A program made the position numbers and the translations under genes. DNA of 32,000 nucleotides. Origin: Candidatus Nanopusillus acidilobi. Its GTDB lineage: Archaea; Nanobdellota; Nanobdellia; Nanobdellales; Nanobdellaceae. Shown here piece after piece: positions 17,262 to 26,978 of this stretch. Under the pieces are notes generated by a model, which did not search any database, had not been told where the DNA came from, and saw only the letters and a list, made by a program, of their open reading frames with translations. Within the stretch, counting starts at the first letter, position 1. Every line of letters begins with the position of its first letter. The DNA is taken from NCBI GenBank assembly GCA_001552015.1, contig CP010514.1, forward strand, positions 210,001 to 242,000. Reading direction: 5' to 3'.

Positions 17262-17547
17262 TGGAATAGGAAATAATTTCTTATTTTCTGAGCAAGATAT
17301 ATATAAATTTTTTGATTATTTGATTGATAAATATAAATTGGTAATAAATAACAAAAAAATAATAATATCTGATAAAGAAAAATTTTCTTCATTTTTATTT
17401 GATACAAATAAATTTACTATTGCATTAAATTATTGGGAAAGAATTGATTATTGTTTTATATATATTTCTTCAAATAATTTTGATATATCCAATATTGTTC
17501 ATGATTTATTAGAGTATCTAAAACCCAAATATTTTAAAATTGTATAA
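17239..17547 (+). CDS. Small hypothetical protein, possibly a degenerate SpeD/AdoMet-decarboxylase-fold protein
   Basis: 102 aa; FNGIGNNFLFSEQDIYKFFDYLIDKYKLVI and DISNIVHDLLEYLKPKYFKIV loosely resemble the SpeD layout, but the catalytic Ser-Ile-His is not evident. Confidence 0.3.
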   Translation: MEVKIIFNGIGNNFLFSEQDIYKFFDYLIDKYKLVINNKKIIISDKEKFSSFLFDTNKFTIALNYWERIDYCFIYISSNNFDISNIVHDLLEYLKPKYFKIV

Positions 17548-17566
17548 AGATCAAAATTATTTATAT

Positions 17567-17650
17567 GCCGCGGTGCCCGAGTGGTCCAAGGGGTATGGCT
17601 TGAGACCATATCCCCGAAAGGGGGCGTGGGTTCAAATCCCACCCGCGGCG
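17567..17650 (+). tRNA. tRNA-Ser (anticodon UGA), no encoded CCA, no intron
   Basis: 7-bp acceptor GCCGCGG/CCGCGGC, anticodon arm TATGG-CTTGAGA-CCATA, long variable arm CCCC-GAAA-GGGG, T arm GTGGG-TTCAAAT-CCCAC, discriminator G typical of archaeal tRNA-Ser. Confidence 0.95.
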
Positions 17651-17661
17651 TTTATATAAAT
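17651..17661 (+). promoter_or_regulatory. Putative TATA box (TTTATATAAAT) for the MazG-like gene, immediately abutting the tRNA-Ser 3' end
   Basis: Centred about 24 nt upstream of the ATG at 17680. Confidence 0.5.
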
Positions 17662-17679
17662 TTTCTATAAATGTAATTA

Positions 17680-18000
17680 ATGGAATTTAATGAATATCAA
17701 GAAAGGGCAAAAGAAACTGCAATATATCCAAATAAATTGGATGGAGGATTTTATTATACTGCATTAGCATTGGCTGGAGAAGTTGGAGAATTATTAAATA
17801 AAATAAAGAAAATTGCCAGAGATAATATTCAAATACCAAGAGAAGAAATTATATCCGAACTTGGGGATATTTTATGGTATCTTTCAGAAACTGCAAGAAA
17901 CTTTAATATTTCTTTAGAAGAAGTTGCAGAATATAATTTGAAAAAAATTAGAAGTAGAAAAGAAAGGGGAACCTTACAAGGTAGTGGGGATAATAGATAG
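17680..18000 (+). CDS. MazG-like nucleotide pyrophosphohydrolase
   Basis: 106 aa; LALAGEVGELLNKIKKI...EEIISELGDILWYLSETARNFNISLEEVAEYNLKKIRSR. Confidence 0.88.
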   Translation: MEFNEYQERAKETAIYPNKLDGGFYYTALALAGEVGELLNKIKKIARDNIQIPREEIISELGDILWYLSETARNFNISLEEVAEYNLKKIRSRKERGTLQGSGDNR

Positions 18001-18054
18001 AAATAAAGGATTTTTTGTTATTATCTTTTTAAATAATAAAGGGGTTTTTATAGT

Positions 18055-20496
18055 ATGAATGATAATGTAGATTTATCAAAGGTTCTCCAAGAATTAAATT
18101 CGGATTTAAATTATGGGTTAACAAAAGAGGAAGTTGATAGAAGGTTAAAAGAGTATGGATATAATTTAGTAGAGGAAAAGAAAGAAAGTAATTTGATTAA
18201 GTTTTTGAAAAAATTTGTTTCATTTTCTTCAATAATGTTGGAAATTATTATAGTCTTATATTTAATATTTGGAAGATATATAGATGCATCTTTAGTTTTG
18301 TCTTTATTATTTATTAATGTATTAATATCTTTTATACATGAAGAAAAAGCAAATAAAGCATTAGAATTATTAAAGGAAAAATTACAAATACAGGCAAGGG
18401 TATTAAGAGAAGGACAATGGAAATTAATTGAATCAAAATATCTGGTTCCTGGAGATATAATAAGATTGAGAGCTGGAGATATATCTCCTGCAGATTGTAT
18501 AATTTTTAGTGATGATATATTGGATATAGATCAGTCAGTATTAACGGGAGAATCTTTAACAGTTGAAAAGAAAAAAGGACAGATTGTATATTCAGGATCA
18601 ATTATAAGAAGAGGAGAAGCAAATTGTATTGTATATAAAACTGGAAGGAATACATATTTTGGAAGAACAGTAGAATTAGTATCTACAGCAAGACCAAAAT
18701 TGCATATTGAGGAAATAACAAATAAAGTTATTTTTGCATTATTAATAATTGTATTAATATTTGGAGGATTAACATTACTATTTTCATTTTTATATGTTCA
18801 TAATTTAGAATTTATACTTTCTACAGTATTGCCTTTAATTATATCTTTATTACTTTTTGCAATTCCAGTAGCATTACCTGCAATGATAACAGTTACATTG
18901 GCAGTTGGTTCTATGGAATTATCAAAAAAGGGAGCATTAATTACAAGATTATCTGCAATAGAAGATGCTGCAACAATGACAACATTATGTTCTGATAAAA
19001 CTGGTACTTTGACTTATAATAAATTATCTATAACCGATATAAAAGAATTGAATAATTATAAAAAAGAAGATGTAATATTATATGGAACATTAGCATCACA
19101 AGAATCAAATAATGATCCAATAGATATGGCATTTATTAATAAAGTGAAAGAAATTAATATAAATAAAGATGATTATAGAGTATTAGAATTTAAACCATTT
19201 GATCCTTCTACTAGAAGAACAGAAGCAAAAGTATTATATAAAGATAAAGTATTTTATGTATCAAAAGGTGCAGTAAATATTATATTTAATGATTTATGCA
19301 AAATAAATATACCTGAAGAAGTATCAAAAATAGTTGATGATTTTGCATCAAGGGGTTATAGAACTTTGGCAGTTGCAATAAATAATAATAATAAATGGGA
19401 ACCTGTTGGTCTTGTTGCATTATATGATGTTCCAAGAAAAGATACTCCAGAATTAATTAAAAAATTAAAAGATCTTGGAATAAAAGTAAAAATGTTAACT
19501 GGAGATTCATTACCAATTGCAAAAGAAATTGGAAAAGAAATTGGATTAGATTATAATAAAGCAGTATCTGGAAATGAATTAAGAGAATTATTAAAAAGTG
19601 ATCCAGATAAAGCAAGGAAATTAATTAATGAATCTGAAATATTTGCAGAAATATATCCAGAAGATAAATATTATATTGTAAAAAATCTACAAGATAAAAA
19701 AGAAATTGTTGGAATGACTGGAGATGGTGTAAATGATTCTCCATCATTAAAACAAGCTGAAGTTGGTATAGCAGTATATAATGCAACAGATGTTGCAAAA
19801 TCTGCGGCTTCTGTTGTATTAACAGTAGAAGGTTTAAGAGGTATTGTAGATTTAGTTACAATTGGGAGATCTGTATATCAAAGAGTTGTTACATGGATAT
19901 TAACAAAAATAAATAAAACAATAGAAATTGCATTATTTGTTTTATCAGTATTTCTATTTACTACGATTCTTTATCATAGTCCATTATATATTTTATCGTC
20001 TACAGATGTATTATTATTTTTCTTTATTATAGATTTTCAAACAATAGCATTATCTGTAGATAATGAAAGAGGATCTCAATATCCTGAAAAATGGAATATA
20101 TTAAAATTGGTAAAGTATGCAGGTACAATGGGTGTATTTACATTTTCTGAAATGTCATTATTATTATATATAGCATTAAATATATTTAAGATAAATAATG
20201 TTCATCTTTTACATTCTTTCTTCTTTATAGCAATAACATATTTTGGTCTATTAATGCCATATATATTTAGGGAAAAAGACAGATTCTATAAATCAAAACC
20301 TAGTAAATCTTTCTTAATATCTACAATTGCAGGATTAATAATTGCATCTATTATTTCATTATTTGGATTTGGAATAGTTGTTCCAATAAATCTTTACTAT
20401 TATTCACTTGTGGTATTGTACAGTTTATTCTTTATATTTTTAGTAAATGATAATATAAAGATATTATTAAAAAGATTTGGAATTGGAAGGGCCTAA
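18055..20496 (+). CDS. Plasma-membrane type proton-translocating P-type ATPase (P3A-like)
   Basis: 813 aa; SVLTGESLTVEKKKG, phosphorylation motif CSDKTGTLTYNKL, MLTGDSLPIAKEIG, GMTGDGVNDSPSLKQAEVGIAV; late segment IIDFQTIALSVDNERGSQYPEKW matches the P3A region. Confidence 0.9.
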   Translation: MNDNVDLSKVLQELNSDLNYGLTKEEVDRRLKEYGYNLVEEKKESNLIKFLKKFVSFSSIMLEIIIVLYLIFGRYIDASLVLSLLFINVLISFIHEEKANKALELLKEKLQIQARVLREGQWKLIESKYLVPGDIIRLRAGDISPADCIIFSDDILDIDQSVLTGESLTVEKKKGQIVYSGSIIRRGEANCIVYKTGRNTYFGRTVELVSTARPKLHIEEITNKVIFALLIIVLIFGGLTLLFSFLYVHNLEFILSTVLPLIISLLLFAIPVALPAMITVTLAVGSMELSKKGALITRLSAIEDAATMTTLCSDKTGTLTYNKLSITDIKELNNYKKEDVILYGTLASQESNNDPIDMAFINKVKEININKDDYRVLEFKPFDPSTRRTEAKVLYKDKVFYVSKGAVNIIFNDLCKINIPEEVSKIVDDFASRGYRTLAVAINNNNKWEPVGLVALYDVPRKDTPELIKKLKDLGIKVKMLTGDSLPIAKEIGKEIGLDYNKAVSGNELRELLKSDPDKARKLINESEIFAEIYPEDKYYIVKNLQDKKEIVGMTGDGVNDSPSLKQAEVGIAVYNATDVAKSAASVVLTVEGLRGIVDLVTIGRSVYQRVVTWILTKINKTIEIALFVLSVFLFTTILYHSPLYILSSTDVLLFFFIIDFQTIALSVDNERGSQYPEKWNILKLVKYAGTMGVFTFSEMSLLLYIALNIFKINNVHLLHSFFFIAITYFGLLMPYIFREKDRFYKSKPSKSFLISTIAGLIIASIISLFGFGIVVPINLYYYSLVVLYSLFFIFLVNDNIKILLKRFGIGRA

Positions 20497-22043
20497 TATT
20501 TTTCATAACCTTTTACAATCGGATTTTCTATTGTATATTTTGTTAAAATATTTACAGCCTCGCTTTCTGTTTTTTTCTTAATCATTGGGAATGGTATAAT
20601 TTCTTTTATACTCTTTATTCCTAATAATAACATTATTACTCTATCTATACCTATTCCAATTCCTCCTGTTGGTGGCATTCCATACATTAATGCTTCTATA
20701 AAGTCCTGATCATATAAATGTGCTTCTTCAAATCCTAATTCTCTCATTTTTGCTTGTTCTAATAATAATTTATTTTGTAATATTGGATCATTTAATTCAG
20801 AATATATATTTGTAATTTCTACTCCTAAGATATATCCTTCTGCTCTCTCAACTAAGGAAGGATCTTTTCTACTTATTTTACATAAAGGTGTACTCTCTTT
20901 TGGATGTTCTATAATATATGTTGGTTCAATTAATTTATCTTCAACCAATTCTTCAAATAATGCAGTAATTGCTAGACCCCTATTATATTCTTTTAATTCT
21001 AATTGAATATTATTCTGTTTCATTATTTCCATTATTTCTTCATCTGATAATTTTGTTACATCTATATTTGTATATTCTTTTAATGCATCATACATTGTTA
21101 GTCTTCTCCAAGGAGGTTTTAATGATATCTTTCTATCATTATATTCAATATAATCTCTTCCAATAACATCTTTTGCAATTCCATATATTAAATTTTCTAC
21201 TAATTCCATCATTTTATCTCTATTTGCATATGCTTCATATGCTTCTAACATTGTAAATTCTGGATTATGGGTTATATCTATTGATTCATTTCTGAAATCT
21301 GGTCCAATTTCAAATACTTTATTAAATCCACCAACAAGATATCTTTTTAAATATAGTTCTGTAGCAATTCTTAAATACCAATTCTCTTTTAAATCATTTA
21401 CATATGTAATAAATGGTTTTGCATTTGCTCCTCCATATATTGGTTGTAATACTGGTGTTTGAACCTCTATATATCCTAAATTTTCAAAATATTTTCTTAC
21501 ATAACTTATTGTTTTAAATCTTATTTCAAAATATTTCCTTACTTCGTCATTCATTAATAAATCTAAATATCTTTTTCTATATCTCTCTTCTACATCAGAG
21601 AATCCATACCATTGATCTGGTAAAGAAATTAATGCTTTTGTTAATATAATCCAATCTTCAGCAAATACAGATAATTCTCCAGCTTTTGTTTTTCCTACTT
21701 TTCCATATACTCCAATTATATCCCCTCTCTGAATAAACTCAAATGCGTCATCAAAATTTTTTGTTATATCTTTTTTAATAACAACCTGTATTCTATAACC
21801 TTCTTCTTTTATATCATAGAATACAATTCCACCATGTTTTCTAATTGAATAAACTCTTCCAGTAATTTTAACATACTTATCCATAAATTTATTAGGATCA
21901 TTTACTATTTCCTTTACATCATTCGACTTATCAAATTCATATGGATATGGATTATATCCTTTTTCTTTCATTTTTTCTAATACTTTTAATCTATCTACAA
22001 TATCTATCTCTAAACCAGTTTTAGGTTGGTCTTTATTCTCCAT
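20493..22043 (-). CDS. lysS: Lysyl-tRNA synthetase, class II
   Basis: 516 aa; OB anticodon-binding N-terminus (ITGRVYSIRKHGGIVFYDI), motif 2 FRNESIDITHNPEFTMLEAYEAY, motif 3 GIGIGIDRVIMLLLG, substrate motif PILQPIYGGANAKPF. Confidence 0.93.
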   Translation of the reverse strand: MENKDQPKTGLEIDIVDRLKVLEKMKEKGYNPYPYEFDKSNDVKEIVNDPNKFMDKYVKITGRVYSIRKHGGIVFYDIKEEGYRIQVVIKKDITKNFDDAFEFIQRGDIIGVYGKVGKTKAGELSVFAEDWIILTKALISLPDQWYGFSDVEERYRKRYLDLLMNDEVRKYFEIRFKTISYVRKYFENLGYIEVQTPVLQPIYGGANAKPFITYVNDLKENWYLRIATELYLKRYLVGGFNKVFEIGPDFRNESIDITHNPEFTMLEAYEAYANRDKMMELVENLIYGIAKDVIGRDYIEYNDRKISLKPPWRRLTMYDALKEYTNIDVTKLSDEEIMEIMKQNNIQLELKEYNRGLAITALFEELVEDKLIEPTYIIEHPKESTPLCKISRKDPSLVERAEGYILGVEITNIYSELNDPILQNKLLLEQAKMRELGFEEAHLYDQDFIEALMYGMPPTGGIGIGIDRVIMLLLGIKSIKEIIPFPMIKKKTESEAVNILTKYTIENPIVKGYEKY

Positions 22044-22163
22044 AGCATAATTAATTGTAGAATTTAATTTATAGATATTAATAGAAAAATCCTTATTATT
22101 GAGTCTTCCGATTCAGGTTCATACATAAACTAATTTAAAAAATATTTTTAAATTTTTGGAGTT

Positions 22164-23051
22164 CTAATTGATATTATAACTTTTTATTATATTTATAACA
22201 TCCTTTTCAGATAAATATTTAATTTCTTCTATTAGATCTTTTATATTTACTTTTGATGATCGTTTATTTTTATCTATAATAATATTTGCATAACATCTTC
22301 CGAGATCATAGGTCCATAGATTTTCTTCTTCAATGTTTAGTAGGTTTTTATTTTCAACATAATCTTTACATGTTCTTATATTTCCTTCTATAATTTTATA
22401 CGCTTCTGGATATCTATAATATGCATTTTTATAAAAGTATATTAAAAATTCTAAAGCAGAAGTTTTACATTCTTTTATTAAAAAAGCTTCCCATTCATCC
22501 ATATAAGGTAAGGAATGTGCAATTTCATGGTCTACTATAATATCTATGAAAGCTTTTGCTATATCTTTTTCTATATTATTACCATTTATATATACTGGAT
22601 ATGTTAATCTACTAATATCTGACTCTAGACCAATAATAGAAGGTCTAATTATTTTCATAAAACTCAAATTATTCAATATTTTATCTATATTTTTTCTTAA
22701 AGCTTTTTCTTTAATATAAACTTCTCTTGTTATTGGAGAATAAAACCCAATAGATGTTTGATCTATTAATTTTTTATAGTATGATGCTATAGGAAGTGTT
22801 GATATGGAAAATGATAAAGAGAATGTTTTAAAAGAAGTAGGATAAGTCATATTAGAAATTATTTCATAAAAAGAGAATCCATAAATGGATGTTAAAGAGA
22901 TGAGCAAAGCTAATAGTCTGCTAAAATATGGTGGTTTTGCTATTATCAATTTTAATTTTTCAGTCTTTATGCCATTATTATTAAGGTATTCTATAGTATC
23001 TTTAAAACTATTTTTTATAATCCAATCTAAATTATACATATATTCATTCAT
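22164..23051 (-). CDS. Hypothetical membrane-associated protein with HEIAH (HExxH) zinc-metallopeptidase-like motif
   Basis: 295 aa; hydrophobic N-terminal segment (FSRLLALLISLTSIYGF) and FIDIIVDHEIAHSLPYMDEWEAFLIKE. The HEIAH codons are at 22515-22529. Confidence 0.5.
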   Translation of the reverse strand: MNEYMYNLDWIIKNSFKDTIEYLNNNGIKTEKLKLIIAKPPYFSRLLALLISLTSIYGFSFYEIISNMTYPTSFKTFSLSFSISTLPIASYYKKLIDQTSIGFYSPITREVYIKEKALRKNIDKILNNLSFMKIIRPSIIGLESDISRLTYPVYINGNNIEKDIAKAFIDIIVDHEIAHSLPYMDEWEAFLIKECKTSALEFLIYFYKNAYYRYPEAYKIIEGNIRTCKDYVENKNLLNIEEENLWTYDLGRCYANIIIDKNKRSSKVNIKDLIEEIKYLSEKDVINIIKSYNIN

Positions 23052-23158
23052 TACTACATAATAATAACAATTTTTTATAAGTTTTTATTTATTTAAAAAT
23101 TCAGTATTTTTATACCATATTCCTAATTTTTAAAATTCTCAAAAATTATACATAATTC

Positions 23159-23758
23159 ATGATAACAGAATATATCAATGTATTTATTACTATGTTTATT
23201 ATATTGGGAACTATTCCGAATATATTTATATTTGAATCTATTTTTGATTCTTTAGGATTAAATATAGATAAAAAAAGATATGCAATCAATAGAGCATTCT
23301 TAATTGCATATTTGTTATGGTTAATAATATTTCTATTTGGTAATTGGTTTTTAATAATTTTGGGAATAAATTTAATAGATTTTAGAATTGCTGGAGGAAT
23401 ATTTTTATTTTATATTGCATTTGAAATATTGGTAAAGGATATTCCATCTCATGTAAATATAAAAGATAATAATGAATCTTTAGAAGATATTATTGCAACC
23501 CCCCTGGCTATTCCATTAATTACAGGTCCGGGTGTTATTACAACAACATTAATTTATACATCTGAAAGTCTTAATTTAATATATCTATTTTTATCAATGT
23601 CTTTAGCATTTCTTATTTCTTATATAATAATTTATAATAGTACTTTAATATTGGAAAAAGCTGGAAAGAAGAATTTAATTATTTTAAATAAGTTGGGAGG
23701 TTTAATATTATTGGCAATAGCAATAGATATAATTATATCTGGAATAAAAATGCTATAA
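23159..23758 (+). CDS. MarC-family integral membrane protein
   Basis: 199 aa; FLLGTIP-like start, RAFLIAYLLWLIIFLFGNWFL, ATPLAIPLITGPGVITTTLIY. Confidence 0.85.
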   Translation: MITEYINVFITMFIILGTIPNIFIFESIFDSLGLNIDKKRYAINRAFLIAYLLWLIIFLFGNWFLIILGINLIDFRIAGGIFLFYIAFEILVKDIPSHVNIKDNNESLEDIIATPLAIPLITGPGVITTTLIYTSESLNLIYLFLSMSLAFLISYIIIYNSTLILEKAGKKNLIILNKLGGLILLAIAIDIIISGIKML

Positions 23759-23833
23759 AAAATATTATTTTTCTTGAATCTTTGTAGTTACTATTATAAG
23801 ATAACTATATATTTTCATATGTATTTTTTATAT

Positions 23834-24574
23834 ATGAAATTTATGATAATAATTCATAGAAAAACTGGTAAAAAATTTTATATAGAAAATAAAGATAAGG
23901 ATTTTAATACGCATTTTGGGATAATAAAAAAAGAAGATTTAAATAAGGAACCTAGTAGTATAATTAAATCACATTTAAACGAAGAATTCTTAATATTAGA
24001 AGATAATTTTAATGATTTAGTTAGATATTTAAAAAGGGGACCTCAGTCAATTCATGAAAAAGATATAGGATTATTATATTCTTTAGTAAATATTTCTCCA
24101 GGAATGAGAATTGTAGAAGGAGGAACTGGTTCTGGAATATTAACAGCATATTTAGCAAATTCTATAAGACCAAATGGAAAAATATATTCATATGAAATTA
24201 GGGAAGACTTTTATAATATTGCAAAGAAAAATCTGGAAAAATTAAAATTATTGGATTATGTTGAATTAAAATTAAAAAATATTAATGAAGGAATTGATGA
24301 AAAGGATATAGATTTAATAATATTAGATATACCAGATCCATGGAATACTTTAGATCATGCATATAATTCATTAAAATTTGGTGGATATTTAGTATCTTTT
24401 TTACCAAATATAACTTCTGTAATAAAATTATTGGATTCAAATGATAAATTCTTATTTATTGGAGTATATGAGAATTTTTATAGAAAATGGATGTATGAAA
24501 AAGGAAAAGTTCTTAGGCCAAGAAATTTAGAATTGGTTCATACAGAATTTTTAGTATTATTTAGAAAGGTATAA
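23834..24574 (+). CDS. trmI: tRNA (adenine-N1)-methyltransferase, TrmI family; start uncertain (tracked at 23774; Mets at 23834 and 23843 more plausible)
   Basis: RGPQSIHEKDIGLLYSLVNISPGMRIVEGGTGSGILTAYLAN, LDIPDPWNTLDHAYNSLKFGGYLVSFLPN. Confidence 0.88.
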   Translation: MKFMIIIHRKTGKKFYIENKDKDFNTHFGIIKKEDLNKEPSSIIKSHLNEEFLILEDNFNDLVRYLKRGPQSIHEKDIGLLYSLVNISPGMRIVEGGTGSGILTAYLANSIRPNGKIYSYEIREDFYNIAKKNLEKLKLLDYVELKLKNINEGIDEKDIDLIILDIPDPWNTLDHAYNSLKFGGYLVSFLPNITSVIKLLDSNDKFLFIGVYENFYRKWMYEKGKVLRPRNLELVHTEFLVLFRKV

Positions 24575-24628
24575 ATAATTTTAGCTATTAACCGAAAAAT
24601 TTAACTTTCAAAATATAATAATAAAATT

Positions 24629-25465
24629 ATGGTAAAGCATCCAAAGAAATTACATTTCGGTCCTGCAGGAGTTCCTTTGTCTTCTAAAAAAAGGGATACA
24701 TTAAATGGAATTATATATACATATGAAGAATTAAATTTAGATGGATTTGAAATAGAGTTTACATATGGGGTAAAATTAAAAGAAGATGTTGCAAATAATA
24801 TAAATGAATATATAAAGGATAAAGAATTTATATTAACATCTCATGCCCCATATTATATTAATTTAAATTCTACAGAAGAATCAAAAATAAATAAATCAAT
24901 AGATATGCTATATAATGCTGCAAGATTATTATATTTATCTGGAGGATATTCTGTTGTTTTTCATCCAGGTTGGTATTTAAATAATTCAAAAGAGGAAACA
25001 TATAATGTAGTAAAGGAAAATCTAAAGAAATTAATGGATAAACTAAAAGATGAAGGTATTGATATTTATATAAGACCAGAAACAATGGAATTACCAAAAA
25101 AATTTGGGGATGTAGATGAAATAATAAAATTATCACAAGATATAGAAAATGTTTTACCTGCAGTAGATTTTGCCCATTTAAGGTATAGAAATAATAGAAA
25201 TGATGTGGATTATTTTATAGAAATATTGGATAAAATAGAAAATGAACTTGGAAGAGAGGCTTTAAATAATATGCATATTCATATGTCTGGAATAACTTTA
25301 GATAAGAAAGGTACACATTTAAATTTGGAAGAATCTGATATGCCTTGGAAAGATATATTAAAATTATTAAAAGAATATAAGGTTAAAGGTATTGTAATTT
25401 CAGAATCTCCAAATATTGAAGAGGATGCAATTAGAATGAGAGATTATTATAAAAAATTAAAGTAA
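24629..25465 (+). CDS. nfo: Endonuclease IV (AP endonuclease)
   Basis: 278 aa TIM-barrel pattern; LTSHAPYYINLNS, VVFHPGWYL, RPETMELPKKFGDVDEII, AVDFAHLRYR, NMHIHMSG, ISESPNIEEDAIRMRDYY. Confidence 0.9.
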   Translation: MVKHPKKLHFGPAGVPLSSKKRDTLNGIIYTYEELNLDGFEIEFTYGVKLKEDVANNINEYIKDKEFILTSHAPYYINLNSTEESKINKSIDMLYNAARLLYLSGGYSVVFHPGWYLNNSKEETYNVVKENLKKLMDKLKDEGIDIYIRPETMELPKKFGDVDEIIKLSQDIENVLPAVDFAHLRYRNNRNDVDYFIEILDKIENELGREALNNMHIHMSGITLDKKGTHLNLEESDMPWKDILKLLKEYKVKGIVISESPNIEEDAIRMRDYYKKLK

Positions 25466-26953
25466 ATTTCTTGCTAAATTAATAAATGCTGGTCTTGTTA
25501 TCAAATATCCTATCCAAACAGTAATTATTACCATAACTGCAAATCCTTTATATAATGATAAACCTGCTACAAATGCTGGGAATACTGATAAACTTTCTAA
25601 TATAATTGCTAATAATATTATAAACATAGCTTTTTTAATTGCTTTATCCAATCTTTCTGTTTCTTTTACTTCAACATTTTCTCCTTTCTTTGCTCTTAAT
25701 ATTTCTTCAGCAGCAACTAATTGATCATCAATACCTGTAGCAGTTCCAAATATAATACCAATGAATGCTGGAATATCATATGTCTGATGTATTGCAATAC
25801 CTATTGCAAATGCTATTAAAAATTCAGATGCCAGTGTTAATGTAACTAATGCGGGTACCTTTAAATTTCTATATGCTAAATATAATATTGCAAATATGCC
25901 AATCAATATTAATAATAATACTAATTCGAAAGATTTTAATATATAATATCCAAATATTGGTGGAATTACTGATTCTTGAACAATATTAAATTTTGAAGGT
26001 AGTTGTCCATTTTCTAATATTATATATAAATCATATGCTTGTCTATATGCATTATATTGTGCTTGTGCCATAGAATTTCCTGTTCCAGATACTTGAATAC
26101 TCACTTGTTGAGTATTTGAACCTTTTAGATCTGCTGCAATTAATAATGTTGATACATTTTGATTATCTAAATAGAATACTATTGGTTCATTTAAATATGC
26201 TCCTCCATTTTGTAATACTACAGATAGGTTTTGTGTAGCTTGTGCAAAACTATTAGCAGCTTGTGATGATAATAATAATGTGAAATAATATGTACATATG
26301 TATTGATTACCTGCTGGAGAACATCCTAATAAGCCAGAATATTGTCCTCCAAATAATGGTTTTATTTCTGAACCAGTAAATACTGTTGTATTACCAATTT
26401 TTGCATAAAATTCTCCTTGACTAATTATATATGGAATTAAATCTCCTTCAGAATATGGTAATTCAACAATTATATATCCTTCAGATGTTGGATATATATT
26501 TATTGATTTAACACCGAAAGAGTTTAATCTATTTTCGATTACTTGTGCTGCAATAGATATTTCTTGAGGATTTAATGGTTTTGAAGAATTTAATATTAAT
26601 AAATAACCTCCGGCAATATCTATTCCATAAGATATTAAAGAAGATTGTGTAATATTTGTTTCATTTATTAATGATTGATATTGGGATGGTTCTAAAACAA
26701 TATTTCCATTACTTGTACTTATTTGTAAAAATGGAGAATTAATATTATTATATATACATGTATAATAAGAATTTATTGAATTTACTTGGCAACCATTTAT
26801 TGAATATATGTATGTACCATTTGGTAAAATAACACTAGAAGTAACTTCTACTTTATTACTAGTTAATGCATATGCATCAAATACTAAAGCTGCAATAAAA
26901 ATTATAATAAATATTAAAACTCTCCAATTTTTTATTAAAGACTTAATGTCCAT
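25457..26953 (-). CDS. secD: Protein translocase subunit SecD (archaeal)
   Basis: 498 aa; YGIDIAGGYLLIL, IENRLNSFGVKSINIYPTSEGYIIVELP, C-terminal TM region with FIGIIFGTATGIDDQLVAAEEILRAKKG. Confidence 0.87.
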   Translation of the reverse strand: MDIKSLIKNWRVLIFIIIFIAALVFDAYALTSNKVEVTSSVILPNGTYIYSINGCQVNSINSYYTCIYNNINSPFLQISTSNGNIVLEPSQYQSLINETNITQSSLISYGIDIAGGYLLILNSSKPLNPQEISIAAQVIENRLNSFGVKSINIYPTSEGYIIVELPYSEGDLIPYIISQGEFYAKIGNTTVFTGSEIKPLFGGQYSGLLGCSPAGNQYICTYYFTLLLSSQAANSFAQATQNLSVVLQNGGAYLNEPIVFYLDNQNVSTLLIAADLKGSNTQQVSIQVSGTGNSMAQAQYNAYRQAYDLYIILENGQLPSKFNIVQESVIPPIFGYYILKSFELVLLLILIGIFAILYLAYRNLKVPALVTLTLASEFLIAFAIGIAIHQTYDIPAFIGIIFGTATGIDDQLVAAEEILRAKKGENVEVKETERLDKAIKKAMFIILLAIILESLSVFPAFVAGLSLYKGFAVMVIITVWIGYLITRPAFINLARNLL

Positions 26954-26978
26954 ATTGATGTTTTTATGTAAAACATTT

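Noticed and set aside
20969-21166. 65 aa plus-strand ORF within lysS
   Set aside because: Antisense shadow ORF, no evidence of function.
24870-25136. 88 aa minus-strand ORF within nfo
   Set aside because: Hydrophobic shadow ORF opposite conserved endonuclease IV motifs.
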